64,000 nucleotides of DNA. Origin: Octopus vulgaris (lineage: Eukaryota). Shown here piece after piece: positions 39,306 through 52,808 of the stretch; the stretch's first letter is position 1; each line of letters starts with the position of its first letter. Position numbers and translations under genes: made by a program. The DNA lies in assembly GCA_951406725.2 (NCBI GenBank), contig OX597826.1:9052001-9116000 (forward strand). Direction: 5' to 3'. The notes under the pieces were generated by a model, which saw only the letters and a program-made list of their open reading frames with translations, had not been told where the DNA came from and searched no databases.

Positions 39306-40659
39306 TATGCCTACTAAGTTAGAATGTGCTTTGATGATGAGGTCTAATGAAAATGAAACATGTTCTTTTGCTTTTTACCAGTTGGTTTTATAAACTATTT
39401 CCATTCCAGTGGTGTATTTTCTATATTTCCCAGAATTTCAATTAAGTGATTTTATTAGAGTTAACCTCCTATGCTTTCTTTTAGATATAAAACATCCCAG
39501 AAGAGAGCTTTTGTCTATTAATTACATGAATAATCTGAATAGATTGAAGTTTTTCCATCTAGAATTATATTGCTTATAATACAAATATTTGTGTTTAATA
39601 TGCAAAATGCTCTCTTGAGGTATTTAGCTGCAGCCCTGTTATTGAAAGTTGCATCAGACATCGCAGCCCTTTTTAAAATCTTTGTTCACTGCTGCCTATC
39701 TCTGCAACCATTCTTTCCTGTTTCTCTTCCTGTGTCTCACCCTCTCTTTCTCTCTAGCACTCACTTTCTCATTACGACCCTCCCTCCTATTTATTGTCTT
39801 CTCTACCCCATGAACAATTGTACATACACTCACGCACCATATATTTTCTTTTACTTGTTTCAGTCATTTGACTGTGGTCACACTGGGGCACCACCTTCAA
39901 GGGTTTTAGTTTAACAATACGACCCCAGGACTTTACATTTTTAAAGTCTGTTACTTTTTCTATCGATCTCTTTTTCTGAACTGCTAAGTGACATAAATAT
40001 ACCAACACCAGTTGGTTGTTAGGCTGTGGTGGGGGACAAACTCAGACACACACACACACACACAGATATATACATGTATATATGACAGGCTTCTTTCAGT
40101 TTTCACCTACCACAAGCCTTTGGTCAGTCTGAGGCTTTAGTAGAAGATTCTTGCCCAAGCTGCCATGCAGTGGGGCTGAACCCAGAACCATGTGGCTAGG
40201 AAGCAAGCTTCTTACTACACAGCCATACCTGCACCTATGGTATATTTTAAACTTGTTTTGGTCATTGGACTGCAGCCATACTGGTACACAACCTTGAAGG
40301 GTTTAGTTGAACAATCAGCTTTAGTACTTATTTTATTCTTAAACTTGGTACTTATTCTACGAGTTGCTTTCACTGAACCACTAAGTTATGGGGACATAAA
40401 CAAACCAACACCGGTTGCCAAACAGTGGTGGAAGCAAACACAAACACGGGCACACACACATAGCCACACAAGCATGCATGCATACACACACCTATGGCAG
40501 GTTTCTCTCAGTTTCCATCTACCATATCCAGTCACAAAGCTTTGGTTGGCCTGAAGTTAAAGAAGACACTTGCATACTAGTACTGAACCGAGAGTACCTG
40601 TTTGGGAAACAAGTTGAACCCAAAGCATGCATGCGCGCGTGTGTGTTTGTGTGTGTGTG

Positions 40660-40980
40660 AAGGTGCATGGTTTAGTGGTTAGGGTATTCGGCTCACGATT
40701 GTAGGGTTGTGAATTCAATTCCCGGCAATGCGTTGTGTCCTGAAGCAAGACACTTTATTTCACACTGCTCCAGTCCACTCAGCTGGCAAAAATGAGAAGT
40801 ACCTGTATTTCAAAGGGCTAACCTTGTCACACTCTGTGTCATGCTGAATCTCCCTGAGAACTACGTTAGGGGTACACGTGTCTGTGGAGTGCTCAGCTAC
40901 ATGCATGTTAATTTCATGAGCAGGCTGTTCCGTTGCTTAAATCAATTGAATCCCTTGTCACTGTAACCGACAGAGTGCCA
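40660..40980 (+). mobile_element. tRNA-derived SINE family C
   Basis: GGTGCATGGTTTAGTGGTTAGGG (A box)...GAATTCAATTCCC (B box), then GTTGTGTCCTGAAGCAAGACACTT. Partial copies at ~8930-9010 and ~24470-24560. Confidence 0.8.
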
Positions 40981-41022
40981 GTTTATATATGTGTATGTAT
41001 ATATATGTATGTGTATATATAT

Positions 41023-41245
41023 ACACCTGAGTAAACACATAAATGTGAAACAAGGTAGAAAAAAGAGTACTCAAATACCAGTGGTAGAGTAATATACTTT
41101 ATTTAAAGCAGCAGAAAATTCAACAAAACCTGTTACTCTGAGTTTCCCGTTGCCGTTCATCTATTCCAGTCTTTACAAAAACTGTCCGATGAACGGCAAC
41201 GGGAAACTCAGAGTAACAGGTTTTGTTGAATTTTCTGCTGCTTTA

Positions 41246-41251
<6 letters not shown>
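41023..41251 (-). mobile_element. small PLE-like element with perfect 64-bp inverted arms and a hammerhead-like motif, within (TA)n
   Basis: 41098-41161 is the exact reverse complement of 41188-41251. Plus arm reads CTGT CCGATGA ACG GCAA CGG GAAA CTCAGAG TA ACAG. The minus arm continues through AATAAA to (TA)n. Confidence 0.7.
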
Positions 41252-41290
<39 letters not shown>

Positions 41291-42103
41291 CATACATACA
41301 ATATCTTACATATTGTTGTTGCTTTCTCTTTATCCACTCATTCGTGATGTTTTTAGCCCTCATTTTTGCTCTTTGCTGTCTTGAAGTTTCTGTTCAGTTG
41401 CTCAACTGGCTAGAAACAGCAATGACCCACCCCTCTCAAAATTCCCTTAATTACACTCTGTTACCATCTTAAAAAGAACGCATTTGATAATATAGTCAGA
41501 GATAGGCTATTCCTGGAAACATTATGGAGTTTTCAGTTAGAATGATGTTGATGATAGTTTTACTCAGTCGGAGTTGACCTGGGGCTAAACAACATCATCA
41601 AAACAACAGTCTCTTTGACGCCTCTACAAAGTCCCTCAAACTGTTAAAAATAACAGCTAAAAGAAAAAAAAAAACTCACATCCACATACTTTCCATTTAA
41701 AAGAGTGTTAAGGCACAGCAGACGATGTAGTCGATGTGAGATAAGTGTTCAGATTAGATGGTCATGGATGGAATATCTTTAATAATAGATCTGCTCAATC
41801 AGGGCTAAACATCAACAATAATAACTTCCACATCTCTCCCCCCCCCCCCGTCTCTTATTGTAATTTGCTTATCTATCCAGTCATCAATCTGGCTATCCTT
41901 GCTTTGTTTTCCATATTCTTTTGTTTTAATTTGAACTCCCATCTCCACCCTTCCCCCCCACCTTTTCCAGTCTTCTATTCCAGTCTTTGCTCTCTCTCTC
42001 TTTGTTTCACCCATACTCTTTCACATTTTCTTTCACTAAATCTCTTTTCATTCTCATTCTCCCTTTCTCTCATTCTATTTATCTCTCTAACACATTCTCA
42101 TCC

Positions 42104-42104
<1 letters not shown>

Positions 42105-42176
<72 letters not shown>

Positions 42177-42354
42177 ATGTATGAATAAATGGTAATTAGC
42201 AACGTGTGTGTCTGTGTGTGTGTCTGTGTGTATGTGTGTAAAGAGTAAGTATAGCATACTATCTCTGAGGAAAATAAAATTCTTTGTTTGTGGTATGTGC
42301 ATGTGTGTAATGAAAATGAAAAATTCTGTGTGTCTGTTGCATGTATGTGTATCT

Positions 42355-42418
<64 letters not shown>

Positions 42419-42480
42419 GTGTGTGTGTGTGTTTAAGAATATATGTACTCACACACACGTGTGTGTGTGTGTGTGTGTGT
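42105..42480. repeat. (CA)n/(TG)n/(TA)n microsatellite cluster
   Basis: Directly visible. Confidence 0.95.
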
Positions 42481-43088
42481 ATAACTCTTAATGCTAACAT
42501 TTCTTCTGATATATGATAGATTAGATTAATAGACTAAAAGAGAAATGAAAAAGAGATAGGAGAGAGAGAGAGTGAGAGAGAGTGAGAAAGAAAGAAGAGA
42601 GGAAGATGGTGGAACAAAGCGTCTAAAACTGAGTCTGGGTAAAATAATTACCAAAAACTAGCAAAGATCAAAATCAAAATAAAGGCAGCAGACAACAAGA
42701 TAGAAAAGGTAGTTTTCTCACTAAACTTGTCTGTTTGTCTGACCACCACCACCACCAGCACCAACGTTAGTTTTCTTAGTCTAAACCCCATCACCATCCA
42801 CCCAGATTTCTCATTTTCTTAAGTCTGATTACCTCTACCCACCCCACTGTCACCACCCGGTTATGGTCTTTTAAACAGCTCTCCCTCTCATATGTCAGCA
42901 TGTATGTGTTGTAAGAGACTAAAACAAACATTACAAGGTAAGAAGAACGTATTTATCGGTTTATGAATGGCTGTCTCTGAGTGTGTGTGTGTGTGTGTGT
43001 GTCTTTTATAAAGTTGTTTTGTATACAGAATGACAAAACTAACAAATTTCTGTATGTTAAATGCAGTTAAAAGAGGAGTAATTTTTAA

Positions 43089-43528
43089 CCCTTTAGCATT
43101 CAAACTGGCCATATCCAGCCCTTACCTGTTTTACACACAATCTATCAAGGTTTGGCCTCTTACACCTTACCCTATAATGTTATTCTAAAACTATACAGTA
43201 TCATCATCGATGTCTCAAAGCTACAAAATAATTGCATGATTAACCCTTTCGTTACCAACCCGGCTGAAACCGGCTCTGGCTTTGAATACAAATGTCTTGT
43301 TTTCATAAGTTTTGAAATAAAATCTTCCACCAAACCTTAGTCATAATTTAATGTTACTAACACTAGCTGAATGATAACAAAATTATTTTACTAAATTCTT
43401 TGTTATATTTAAAGTAATTGAAAGAAACACAGAGCTTCTCAAAATAAATACAGTAACGAAAGGGTTAATTCCAAACAATGTGAATAAATAAGCATTACAT
43501 TTGACAGAGTAGTCTGAATACTAAAGGG
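43089..43528. mobile_element. piggyBac-like MITE (CCCTTTAGCATTC TIR) carrying a nested MITE
   Basis: TTAA-CCCTTTAGCATTCA ... TGAATACTAAAGGG-TTGA. Older copies at ~23530-23750 and ~35050-35275. Confidence 0.8.
43244..43464. mobile_element. piggyBac-like MITE, 221 bp
   Basis: TTAA TSDs at 43240-43243 and 43465-43468; perfect 12-bp TIR CCCTTTCGTTAC. Confidence 0.9.
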
Positions 43529-43802
43529 TTGAATGTCTAACAACATAGAAATAGAAAGATAACTAGATGAAAGGACTTGATGCATGCATAGAGTTAACAA
43601 AATTAGGGTGTCTGTTTTAAGGTCTGCCCTATTATGGCCACAATCCAATGTCTAAGCTAATAAAAGACTAAAAGTTCACACACACACACACACACACATT
43701 CTTTCTAACACAATTACATGTAGATGATATATAAACTCACTTGTCTGCATGTGTGAATACACACACATGCACACATATATTTATATGTTTGTATGTGTGT
43801 AA

Positions 43803-44024
43803 AGGCGGCGAGCTGGCAGAAACGTTAGCACGCCGGGTGAAATGCTTAGCGGTATTTCGTCTGCGGCTATGTTCTGAGTTCAAATTCCGCCGAGGTCGAC
43901 TTTGCCTTTCATCCTTTTGGGATCGATTAAATAAGTACCAGTTACGCACTGGGGTAACTTAATCCGTTTGTCTGTCATTGTTTGTCCCCTCTGTGTGTAG
44001 CCCCTTGTATGCAGTAAAGAAATA
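43803..44024 (+). mobile_element. SINE family B, young copy
   Basis: GGCGGCGAGCTGGCAGAAACGTTAGC...GAGTTCAAATTCC...AAAGAAATA. Confidence 0.9.
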
Positions 44025-44857
44025 AAACCTATATATAACTACTCCAGCATGGCCTTATCCATAACGTTAAAAGAAACCAAGAACTAAGTTTACATCTCTA
44101 AACACTACTTAATACATATTCCTGCAAAATACACAGACACAAAACTGTTTCCAAACTCCTGTAATTTCTTCTGTTTCCTTCTTATGAAGCAAAACTACAC
44201 ACATAATAAAGTAGTATTAAGTCTAAACACTTTGTTAAACATATAACTCAAGATATCTAATATATCTAATCATTTTTTTCTTTTGTCACCTCATTCTTTA
44301 CTTTTTCTTCAGTGTCTTATGAACAATGGCCTGTGTTTTTACCTCTATGTTTATATCTGTATCATTTTATCTTTGAATATCTCTCCATTACAACCATTCT
44401 GTCTATCTCACTGTTCCTGTCTGTTTACTTCTCTATCCCTCTCTTTTATCATTCTGTATATCTATCACACACACTCTTGTACACTCTGTCACTCTATCTA
44501 CAACTCTCTCTCTCTCTCTCTCTCTCTCTGCCACATACTATCTTTTTATCACTCTTCCCCTGTTCTCACTGTCTTTTATTCTGTATCGTACTTAGTTTCT
44601 CACTCTCACCATCACTCCATTTCTATATCTCTCTCTGACTCTTTCCTACCTGTACACCTCTATCTATCACTGTCTGCTTTCATCTCTTCATCTGTCTCCA
44701 TATATGACTGTGTGGTTAAGAAGTTCACTTTGCAACTACATAATATCTGGTTCAGTTCCACTGTGCAGCACCTTGGGTAATAGTGTCTCCTACAACCTTG
44801 GGCTGACCAATGTCTTGTGAGTGAATTTTGGTTGATAGAAACTGTGTGGAAGTCCAT

Positions 44858-44899
<42 letters not shown>

Positions 44900-45764
44900 C
44901 ACCCGTGCTGGTGCCATGTAAAATGCACCCATGCCGGTGCCATGTAAAATGCACCCATGCCGGTGCCATGTAAAATGCACCCATGCTAGTTCCATGTATA
45001 AAGCACTGACTGGTACTGGCGCCATGAAAAAAGCAGCCAGTACATTCTGTAAAGTGGTTGGCATTAACAAGGACATCCAGCCATAGGAACCATGCGAAAA
45101 CAAATAGCTTGAACCTGGTGCAACTCTCAGGTTGGCCAGCTCCTGACAAACCACCCAACTCATGCCAGCATGGAAAATGTTAAATTATGATTATATATAT
45201 ATATATATAGGCACAGGAGTGGCTGTGTGATAAGTAGCTTGCTTACCAACCACATGGTTCTGGGTTCAGTCCCACTGCATGGCACCTTAGGCAAGTGTCT
45301 TCTACTATAGCCTCAGGCCAACCAAACCCTTGTGAGTGGATTTGGTAGACGGAAACTGAAAGAAGCCAGTTGTGTTTTTTCTCTCTCTCTCTTTCTTTCT
45401 ATCTTTTCTCTTTACAAAACAAAAAATGTTTCTTCCAGCATTCACTATTTTCCTCTCATTTTGGTCCAACGACCCTCTGTGTTTCTTTTCATTCGGTTTC
45501 GTTGTCTGTCTCCACTGTCATGTTTTTGTTCCCAACTTTGACTCTCCATAAATCCTAAATTTTATTTTAGAATTTATGGGAGCAACTGTCTTTGAAGACT
45601 CATATTGTCATTGAGTGCTCAAAATGAGGAGTAGATGGACAGCCAACAACTGATGAAGGATCCCTTCTCTGTGTTTACTTGTCCTGTTTTCCATTTTATT
45701 TATCGTTGTTTACATATTTCATGTTATTTGCACCATTGGTGACATCCTGTGCCCATATGTGCAT

Positions 45765-46060
45765 ATATATATATATATATATTATTTATATATATATATG
45801 TTATTTATATATATGTATGTATGTATATATATATATATTATTTGTATGTATGTATGTATATATATATATATATATTATTTATATATATGTATGTATGTAT
45901 GTATATGTATGTATATATATTATTTATATATATGTATGTATGTATGTATATGTATGTATATATATTATTTATATATATGTATGTATATATATATATTATT
46001 TATATATATGTATGTATATATATATATTATTTATATGTATATATATATATATATATGTAA
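45765..46060. repeat. AT-rich compound micro/minisatellite (TATTATTTATATATATGTATG..)n
   Basis: Directly visible, inside the middle of a SINE A (head 45210-45370, tail 46060-46250). Confidence 0.9.
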
Positions 46061-46249
46061 ATGTGTGTCTGTGCTTATCCCTCCCCTATCGCTTGACAAT
46101 CAATTTTGGTGTGTTTACATCCCCGTAACTTAGTGGTTTGGCAAAAGAGACCAATAGAATAAAGAATAAGTCCTAGGGTCGATTTGTTTTGACTAAAGAT
46201 AGTGCTCTAGCATGGCCAACAGTCAAATGACTGAAACAAATAAAAAAAT

Positions 46250-46637
46250 ATAGGAGTGGCCGTGTGGTAAATAGCTTGCTTACCAGCGACATGGTTCTGG
46301 GTTCAGTCCCACTGTATGACACCATGTACAAGTGTCTTCTACTTTAGCCTTGGGCTGACCATAGACTTGTGAGTGGATTTGGTAGACTGTAACTGAAAGA
46401 AGACCATTGTGTGTTTATATATATATGTGTGTGTGTGTGTGTGTTTGTTCCCCCAACATCGCTTGACAACCGATGCTGGTGCATTTACGTCCCTGTAGCT
46501 TAGCAGTTCGGCAAAAGAGAGTGATAGAAAAAATACCAGACTTAAATGAGAAGTACTGGGGTTGATTTGCTTCACTAAAGCCTTCAAGGTGGTACCCCAG
46601 CATGGCTGCAGTCCAATGACTGAAACAAGTAAAAGAC
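46250..46637 (+). mobile_element. SINE family A
   Basis: Head immediately follows the tail of the preceding copy; full tail present. Confidence 0.88.
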
Positions 46638-48082
46638 TAATGGAGATAATTTCAAAGTGGAAGGTTGTACCAATGTTGCTTCAGTTTTTCTGGGTCTCCA
46701 AGAATGGCAGAAGGAGAGGAGGAAGTTATCCAATAATTGCATGGAGACCTGATCCAAATGCTTAGAAATAATGTGAACTCTGTCGAAGACATCCAAAGGA
46801 CCTGGTGTAGGTGCTCTTATCAAGCAATGAACTAAATCTATGACCCAAGAACTAAGAATGCAAAGAGCTCAAACAAATACTGCAAAGCATATCATCTGAT
46901 ACTCTGATAATCCCATCAGTCCACTAGAAATACTAATCCTGTATTGGTAGTTTTAGTTTATCTACCCCAAAAGTTGACCTCAGCAGGATTTGAGCTCATA
47001 ACACAGAAATGAAATAAAATACTGCAAGGTCCTTCATCCTATGTCCTAACAGCTCTAGTGCATTTTTTTCTTTCATTCTGTCTTTTTCTCTACATAGGCA
47101 CATGCATGGCTGTGTGGTCAAGATTACTTTGCAACAAACAACATGCTTTCAAGTTCAATCCCACTGCACAGCACCTTGGCCAAGTGTCTTCTACTTTAGC
47201 CCTGAGCCAACCAATGCCTCATGAGTGAATTTAGGAAACAGGAACTGTGTGGAAGCCCATTGTCTGTGTGCACATGCACCTTTGTGTTTGTATTTGTTCT
47301 CCTCACTACTTGACATCTTATGTTGGTTTGTTTACATCCCTGTACTTTAATGGTTTAATGGCAAAAGGGATGAACAGAATAGGTTCTTAGAAATAAGTAC
47401 TGGCGTCAATTTATTCTACTAAAACTCTTCAGAGAGGTGCTCCAGCATGGCTGAACTCTAATAACTGAAATAAGCAAAAGATTAAAGATAATTCTTCTCT
47501 CCATTCTTCTCACTCTCCGTTTCTCTCAATTAGACCTCAAGTCTGCCTATTTATCCATGTGGAAGATTGATTAATCTTAGAGGTAATTGTAATTATATAA
47601 TCATAATGTTTTAATATACATATTTATTGTACTAAAATATGGAGGCTGGGGGTTTACACTGCTCATGGCCCTAGCCCCCTCCTGGTCTGAGCCCCTCCTT
47701 GTCAACAGCTATATTCTCAGTTCCTCTGCCTGTTTATTGAAGTAGTAACAACAGCTGACTGTATAAAAATGTTACTTTTCAGCCATTAAATATTTTCTCT
47801 CACTTGTTCTAACAACAAAAGCAGATCAACACATATTTACTCAGATATTTACCTGTAAACAGATTTCTATTTTCCTTACCTTTTATATAGTAGTTTGTGA
47901 GCAACAGCATTGTTTGTTACAGGTTTCTAAGTGGCCAATCATTGGTTAAGTCCATTTCTGACAGAGAGAAGGACATGGGAGTGTCTCTAAGTATAGAACA
48001 AACATCTGTAGGGAATTTTTTTGACAAGCACTGGCTTTACAAGTTTCTCGACATTTTTATGTTTACATGTGTATGCACGCAT

Positions 48083-48118
<36 letters not shown>

Positions 48119-48119
48119 T

Positions 48120-48157
<38 letters not shown>

Positions 48158-48182
48158 TTATTGAACTGAAACTGAATGTTTA

Positions 48183-48225
48183 TCTTGTAATTTGAGTTTC
48201 ATGCTACTGCAGTCTTCAGGTGAGA
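48183..48225 (-). ncRNA. hammerhead motif in a PLE-like 3' fragment (~48155-48385)
   Basis: TCTCAC CTGAAGA CTGC AGTA GCAT GAAA CTCAAAT TA CAAGA, then AATAAA and (TA)n. The upstream minus strand encodes RKIKESQ, resembling the GIY-YIG C-terminus. Confidence 0.5.
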
Positions 48226-48503
48226 ACGGTTACAATATGCTTTTGGTGGAATGTTTATTAGGGTGGGTATGGTTTCAAGCTTGCATTTGTTTATTGGTCT
48301 GTGTTTTGAGTTTGCAGATTGGCTTTCCTTTATTTTTCTGATTCCTCTTCAGATTTTTTGAAGCAGGGCATGTTTCTAATTATGTGTATGAACACACACA
48401 CTTGTATATAAATATGATACCCTGCACTTTTTCTGTCTACAAAAAATCCACCCATAAAGAAGTATTTGTTAACCTGAAGCTATGGTAGAAGATATTTGAT
48501 TAA

Positions 48504-48725
48504 CCCTTTTGTTACCATATTTCTGTTGAGATACTCTGTGTTTCTTTCAATTAATTTTAAATATATCAAAGAATTTAGTAAAATAACTTAATTATCATTA
48601 AGCTGGTGTTAAGAACATAAATTGTAACTTAGGTTTCGTGGAAGATTTTAATTCAGAACTTTTGAAAACAAGACATTTGTACTACAGAACCAGAGGTGGT
48701 TTCATCCAGGCTGGTATCAAAAGGG
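48504..48725. mobile_element. piggyBac-like MITE, same family as 43244-43464, opposite orientation
   Basis: TTAA-CCCTTTTGTTACC...GGTATCAAAAGGG-TTAA. Confidence 0.88.
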
Positions 48726-49119
48726 TTAAGGTGCTCAGTAGAGGGATTTCAACATTGACATACATTGTTGTGAAGTAAACTTCTTGACTACACAGTCATA
48801 CTTTGCACTCATTCACAGATTGATATAAACGTAAAGATATAGAAAGATACAAATAAACAGATAATATCTGAGTAGATGGACAAATGACTATATATGGAGT
48901 TGGATGGATGGATAAATAGACAGACAGATGGTTATATGCAAGGATGGAGAAGATGTGAATAGACACAGATATGGCTAGTTAGTTAGTTAGATATGTGTGG
49001 AGATGGAATTGATGGGTGAGTATGTAAATTGATTGATTGATTGATTTACTTGTAGAAAGAGAATATTGTCATGATTAAATTAATTGAGTAATGAACTAAC
49101 TTAAATTAAACTTTCAAAT

Positions 49120-49400
49120 AAAGTGAGCAGGGGTGTACACATTCTCTCACTGGAGCTGCAGAGAAAGCTGCTTGGTGGCTTTTGATAAAGAAGCAGACTC
49201 GTGACTTGTTGGTATGAGATGCAAGTCAGGACATGGTCTCTCTTGACTGAGTGAACAGGGCAAAGAGGTCTCACAATGTAAGATCCCAACCCCCCATGAC
49301 ACTAAGAACATTACTGCTTTTGTATTCAATAGTGCAAGATTCATCTCCCACTCCTTATGATTCCAATAATGTTACTGATGAAGTATGTATCCAAGACCAT
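49120..49400 (+). mobile_element. HERO-like (RLE non-LTR) 3' end remnant
   Basis: Encodes TGAAEKAAWWLLIKK, matching the AAE.AS.WLW.KR C-terminus as I recall it from HERO-clade ORFs. Confidence 0.5.
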
Positions 49401-50099
49401 TTAAGAGATCTACCTTGAAACCCAAGTGTAAATCAGTACAGGGTATTAAATGGCTGAAATAGAATTAAATATGAGGTGAAGATTATTTTAGCCACAACTG
49501 AAATTTCTGGTGATTTGCTGTGCTTGAGAAAACACATCAAGCTAAGTGAAATCATGGTTGTGGCCAGTGCCAGTGATGGATAAAAGGTACCCGTGCTAGT
49601 GACACATAGGAAGCACCTGTGCCAGTGACATGTTGATGGCACTCATGCTTGTGACGTGAAGCACACCTGTGCTAGGGACTGTGCTGGTAACATATGAAAG
49701 GCACCTGTGTCAATGACACATAAAAGGCATATAGTATCTCAGTAAAGTGGTTGGCATTAGGAAGGGCATCCAGTTGTAGAAACTAAACCTGAACACACAG
49801 CTGGAGCCTGGTGCAGCTCTCTGGCTTACCAGCTCTGGTCAAACTGTCTAACCATTGCCAGCATAGAAAATGGACATTAAATGATGATGATAGTGATTTT
49901 GCAAGTCCTCCAAGACCGATGAAATTGTTGCAGGTCAGCACTGGCAAGAAAGATGAGCTGAGAAAAGATTTCAGAGGGATGATGTTGTGGGAAAGAAGGA
50001 TTGGGGGTAATGATTAATGCAGGAAAAAAGGGGAGTTGGATACAACAAAGAGATGGAGAGATGAGTTGCTCAGAAGAGCTTGAGACTTATGACACCTGA

Positions 50100-50900
50100 G
50101 AATGACAGACAGTGTGTTAACAAGTCTATGAAAAGATTTTAGCGCAGACAATTCCACTGTTTCATGTTTTTTAATGCTGTATTTACTTTTAGTATGATAC
50201 ACTGATGGCAATTTTAATTAAATACTGTTTCAGTTGTATATGTTGAGTTTTTGCTACAACCTGGCAAGCTTCCACAATACTAGCAAATTTTTTTTTTATG
50301 TACTATTTCTTATACATTGAGGCATGAATTTCATTTAAGCAGGTGACATTTGAGTACACAACATTGACAAGTTTCAAGAAAGGTCAAATGTTTCTGTCAT
50401 TCTTGAGAGTCACTGCAGCAATGATGTTCATTTTGCTCTGATATATATTGTTTTTAAGCTAAGTCTATAAAAACATTTTATCTCAGACTTTTTCACAGCA
50501 TCATGCCTGCTAATATTGTCCATACATTTAATATGATACACAAATGGCAATTCATCATTGTGTAATGCATGGTAGATACAGCAGTTTGATGGAACCTATT
50601 GATCTCCAAGTTTTACATATTTCAATGACAACACCACCACCACCACTGCTTTTAGTGCTGAGCAGTTCCAGAGTTATCAGCTAAACAAGTCTGTCCAAAC
50701 ACCAACATACATACTTTGTATCACATTCTAGTTAAACATCTCCTTCTACTTCATATTTCTCAGCTGAAAAATAAATATTTCTCTCAGTTTTATCTTTGAA
50801 TGGCCAGAATTAAGAATCTGTAAATACCAGTTCCAATAATAATTCAAGCAAATATCTGCATTTTTAGAACTATCTAACCTTTATTAGCTTGGAAAATCTA
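50100..50900 (-). mobile_element. decayed DNA transposase fragment, superfamily uncertain
   Basis: Minus strand shows GGGVV upstream of LHNDELPF, resembling a C.LH.NELP motif of invertebrate cut-and-paste transposases. Confidence 0.3.
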
Positions 50901-51567
50901 ATGTAAACTTGGAGAAATCAATAATAATCATACTTGTTAACATCAGCCACTGTTTAACAGCTGGTCTGTTATATTTCATTATAGATTTGTTTGATATTGA
51001 CCAGCCACATATTCTTTTATTCGTTACTGTCTTTGGATAATGGACATGCTGGGGCACCTTTAAGGCATTTGGTCAACTATATTGACACCGCAACTTTGTC
51101 TGGTATTTATTTTGTCAATAGCTGTTTATTGAATGGTTAAGTTTTATCTTTCTTTGTAATGGGCAAAAACTCAATACTTAATATCATATGGTATTTTTGG
51201 TTATCACAACAATTATGTACCAACACACCTCATCATCATCATCATTTTTAATGTCCACCTTCCCATGCTTGCATTGTTTGAATGGAATTTATTGAGACAG
51301 ATTTTCTATGGTTGGATGCGCTTCCTATCAACAATCCTTACTGGTTTCCAAATAAAGTAATATTCCCCATGACCAGACATTTTTTACAGAACATTGGAAA
51401 TGAAGGAAGTTCACGAAGGAAATAAATATATTTATTTAATTGTGTTGCTGATTAATGCATGTTATCCTTATTAGTTGAGCCATTTCAAGCTAGGTTTAAG
51501 TTTTATGACTGATTTAAACAGCATTTACTATGAAGCTCTCTTCATAGGCAGAAGAGTAAGAGATATT

Positions 51568-51612
51568 TGTCCTCTGAAGAGTGGCCAATGAACCATGAAA
51601 AATCTCAGGGCA
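51568..51612 (+). ncRNA. minimal type I hammerhead, core intact
   Basis: TGTCCT CTGAAGA GTGG CCAATGAA CCAT GAAA AATC TC AGGGCA: 6-bp stem I; stem III is one change from the AGATCT palindrome. Confidence 0.7.
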
Positions 51613-51782
51613 CTCTACTTGGTTTTTGTGTGTGAAGAGAATAACAAAATGCTCATGTTTATAACACATGCTATGGAAAGGTCATAGGTGTTATAAACTG
51701 TAGTCAAAGTACATAAAATTCAGAATGCTTGAAACATATATAATGTAGATAAATCTACAGCTATTTATTTGGAAACCTTATC

Positions 51783-51820
51783 TTTGAGTTTCTTTCAGAA
51801 TAATTGTTCCTCATCAGAAA
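51783..51820 (-). ncRNA. possible minimal hammerhead
   Basis: TTT CTGATGA GGAA CAATTA TTCT GAAA GAAAC TC AAA; stem I is weak. Confidence 0.4.
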
Positions 51821-52571
51821 TGTATTACTATTCTTTGGTTACCTACAGAACTTTGAACCTAAATCACTATATATAGCAGGCTATAACATTAAGAGCTGTC
51901 TTCCTCCTCATCATCCTTTAATGTCTATTTTTCATGCTGGCATGGGTTGGATGTTTTGACCAGAGCTGACGAACAGGAGAGCTGCTCTAGGTTCCAGTCT
52001 GATTTGGTTTGATTTCTATGGCTGGATACCCTTCCTAATGCCAACCACTTTATAGGGTGTGCTGGGTCCTTTTTATGTGGCACTGGCACAGGTGCTTTAA
52101 TATGGTGCCAGCATAGGTATCATTATGTAGTGCCAGCACAGGAGCTTTTCATGTGGCACCAACATGGTTGCTTTTTATGTGGTACAGGACTCTTGCAGGC
52201 TAGTCCTCCTCAGCAAGGGAGTGGCATTAACAACACTGCTGTGAAGGTTGTGTCTTCTTGAGCCCAGCAAGATGCCAGATATCCATACATCATCATCATT
52301 TAATGTCCGTTATCCATGCTGGCATGTGTTGGACAGTTTGACCAAGGCTGATAAACTGGAAGGCTGCACCAGACTCCAGTCTGATTTGGCATGATTTTCT
52401 ATGGCCAGATGCCCTTCCATACACCAACCGCTCTGAAAGCGTAATATGTGCTTTTACATGCCACCAGCAGATGTGCCATTTGTGTGACACTGGTATCTGC
52501 TATGACTGCAATTTTGCTCAGCTTGACGGGTCTTCTTCTCAAGCACAACATAATGCCAAAGGTCCCAGTCA

Positions 52572-52808
52572 TTGCCTCTGTGAGGCCCACCATTCAAAAG
52601 GAACTCAGCCACTTTGCCTCCATAAGGCCTAATGCTCAAAAGGAACTCAGCCACTTTGCCTCCATGAGGCCTAATGCTCAAAAGGAACTCAGCCACTTTG
52701 CCTCCATGAGGCCTAATGCTCAAAAGGAACTCAGCCACTTTGCCTCCATGAGGCCTAATGCTCAAAAGGAACTCAGCCACTTTGCCTCTGTGAGACCCAA
52801 CTCTGCCA
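52572..52808. repeat. 42-bp minisatellite, ~5.5 copies, at the 5' edge of a minus-strand RTE 3' fragment
   Basis: (AAGGAACTCAGCCACTTTGCCTCCATGAGGCCTAATGCTCAA)n. Confidence 0.95.

Noticed and set aside
43803-43890. tRNA-like A/B-box sequences as tRNA genes
   Set aside because: All continue into SINE bodies and lack a complete cloverleaf.
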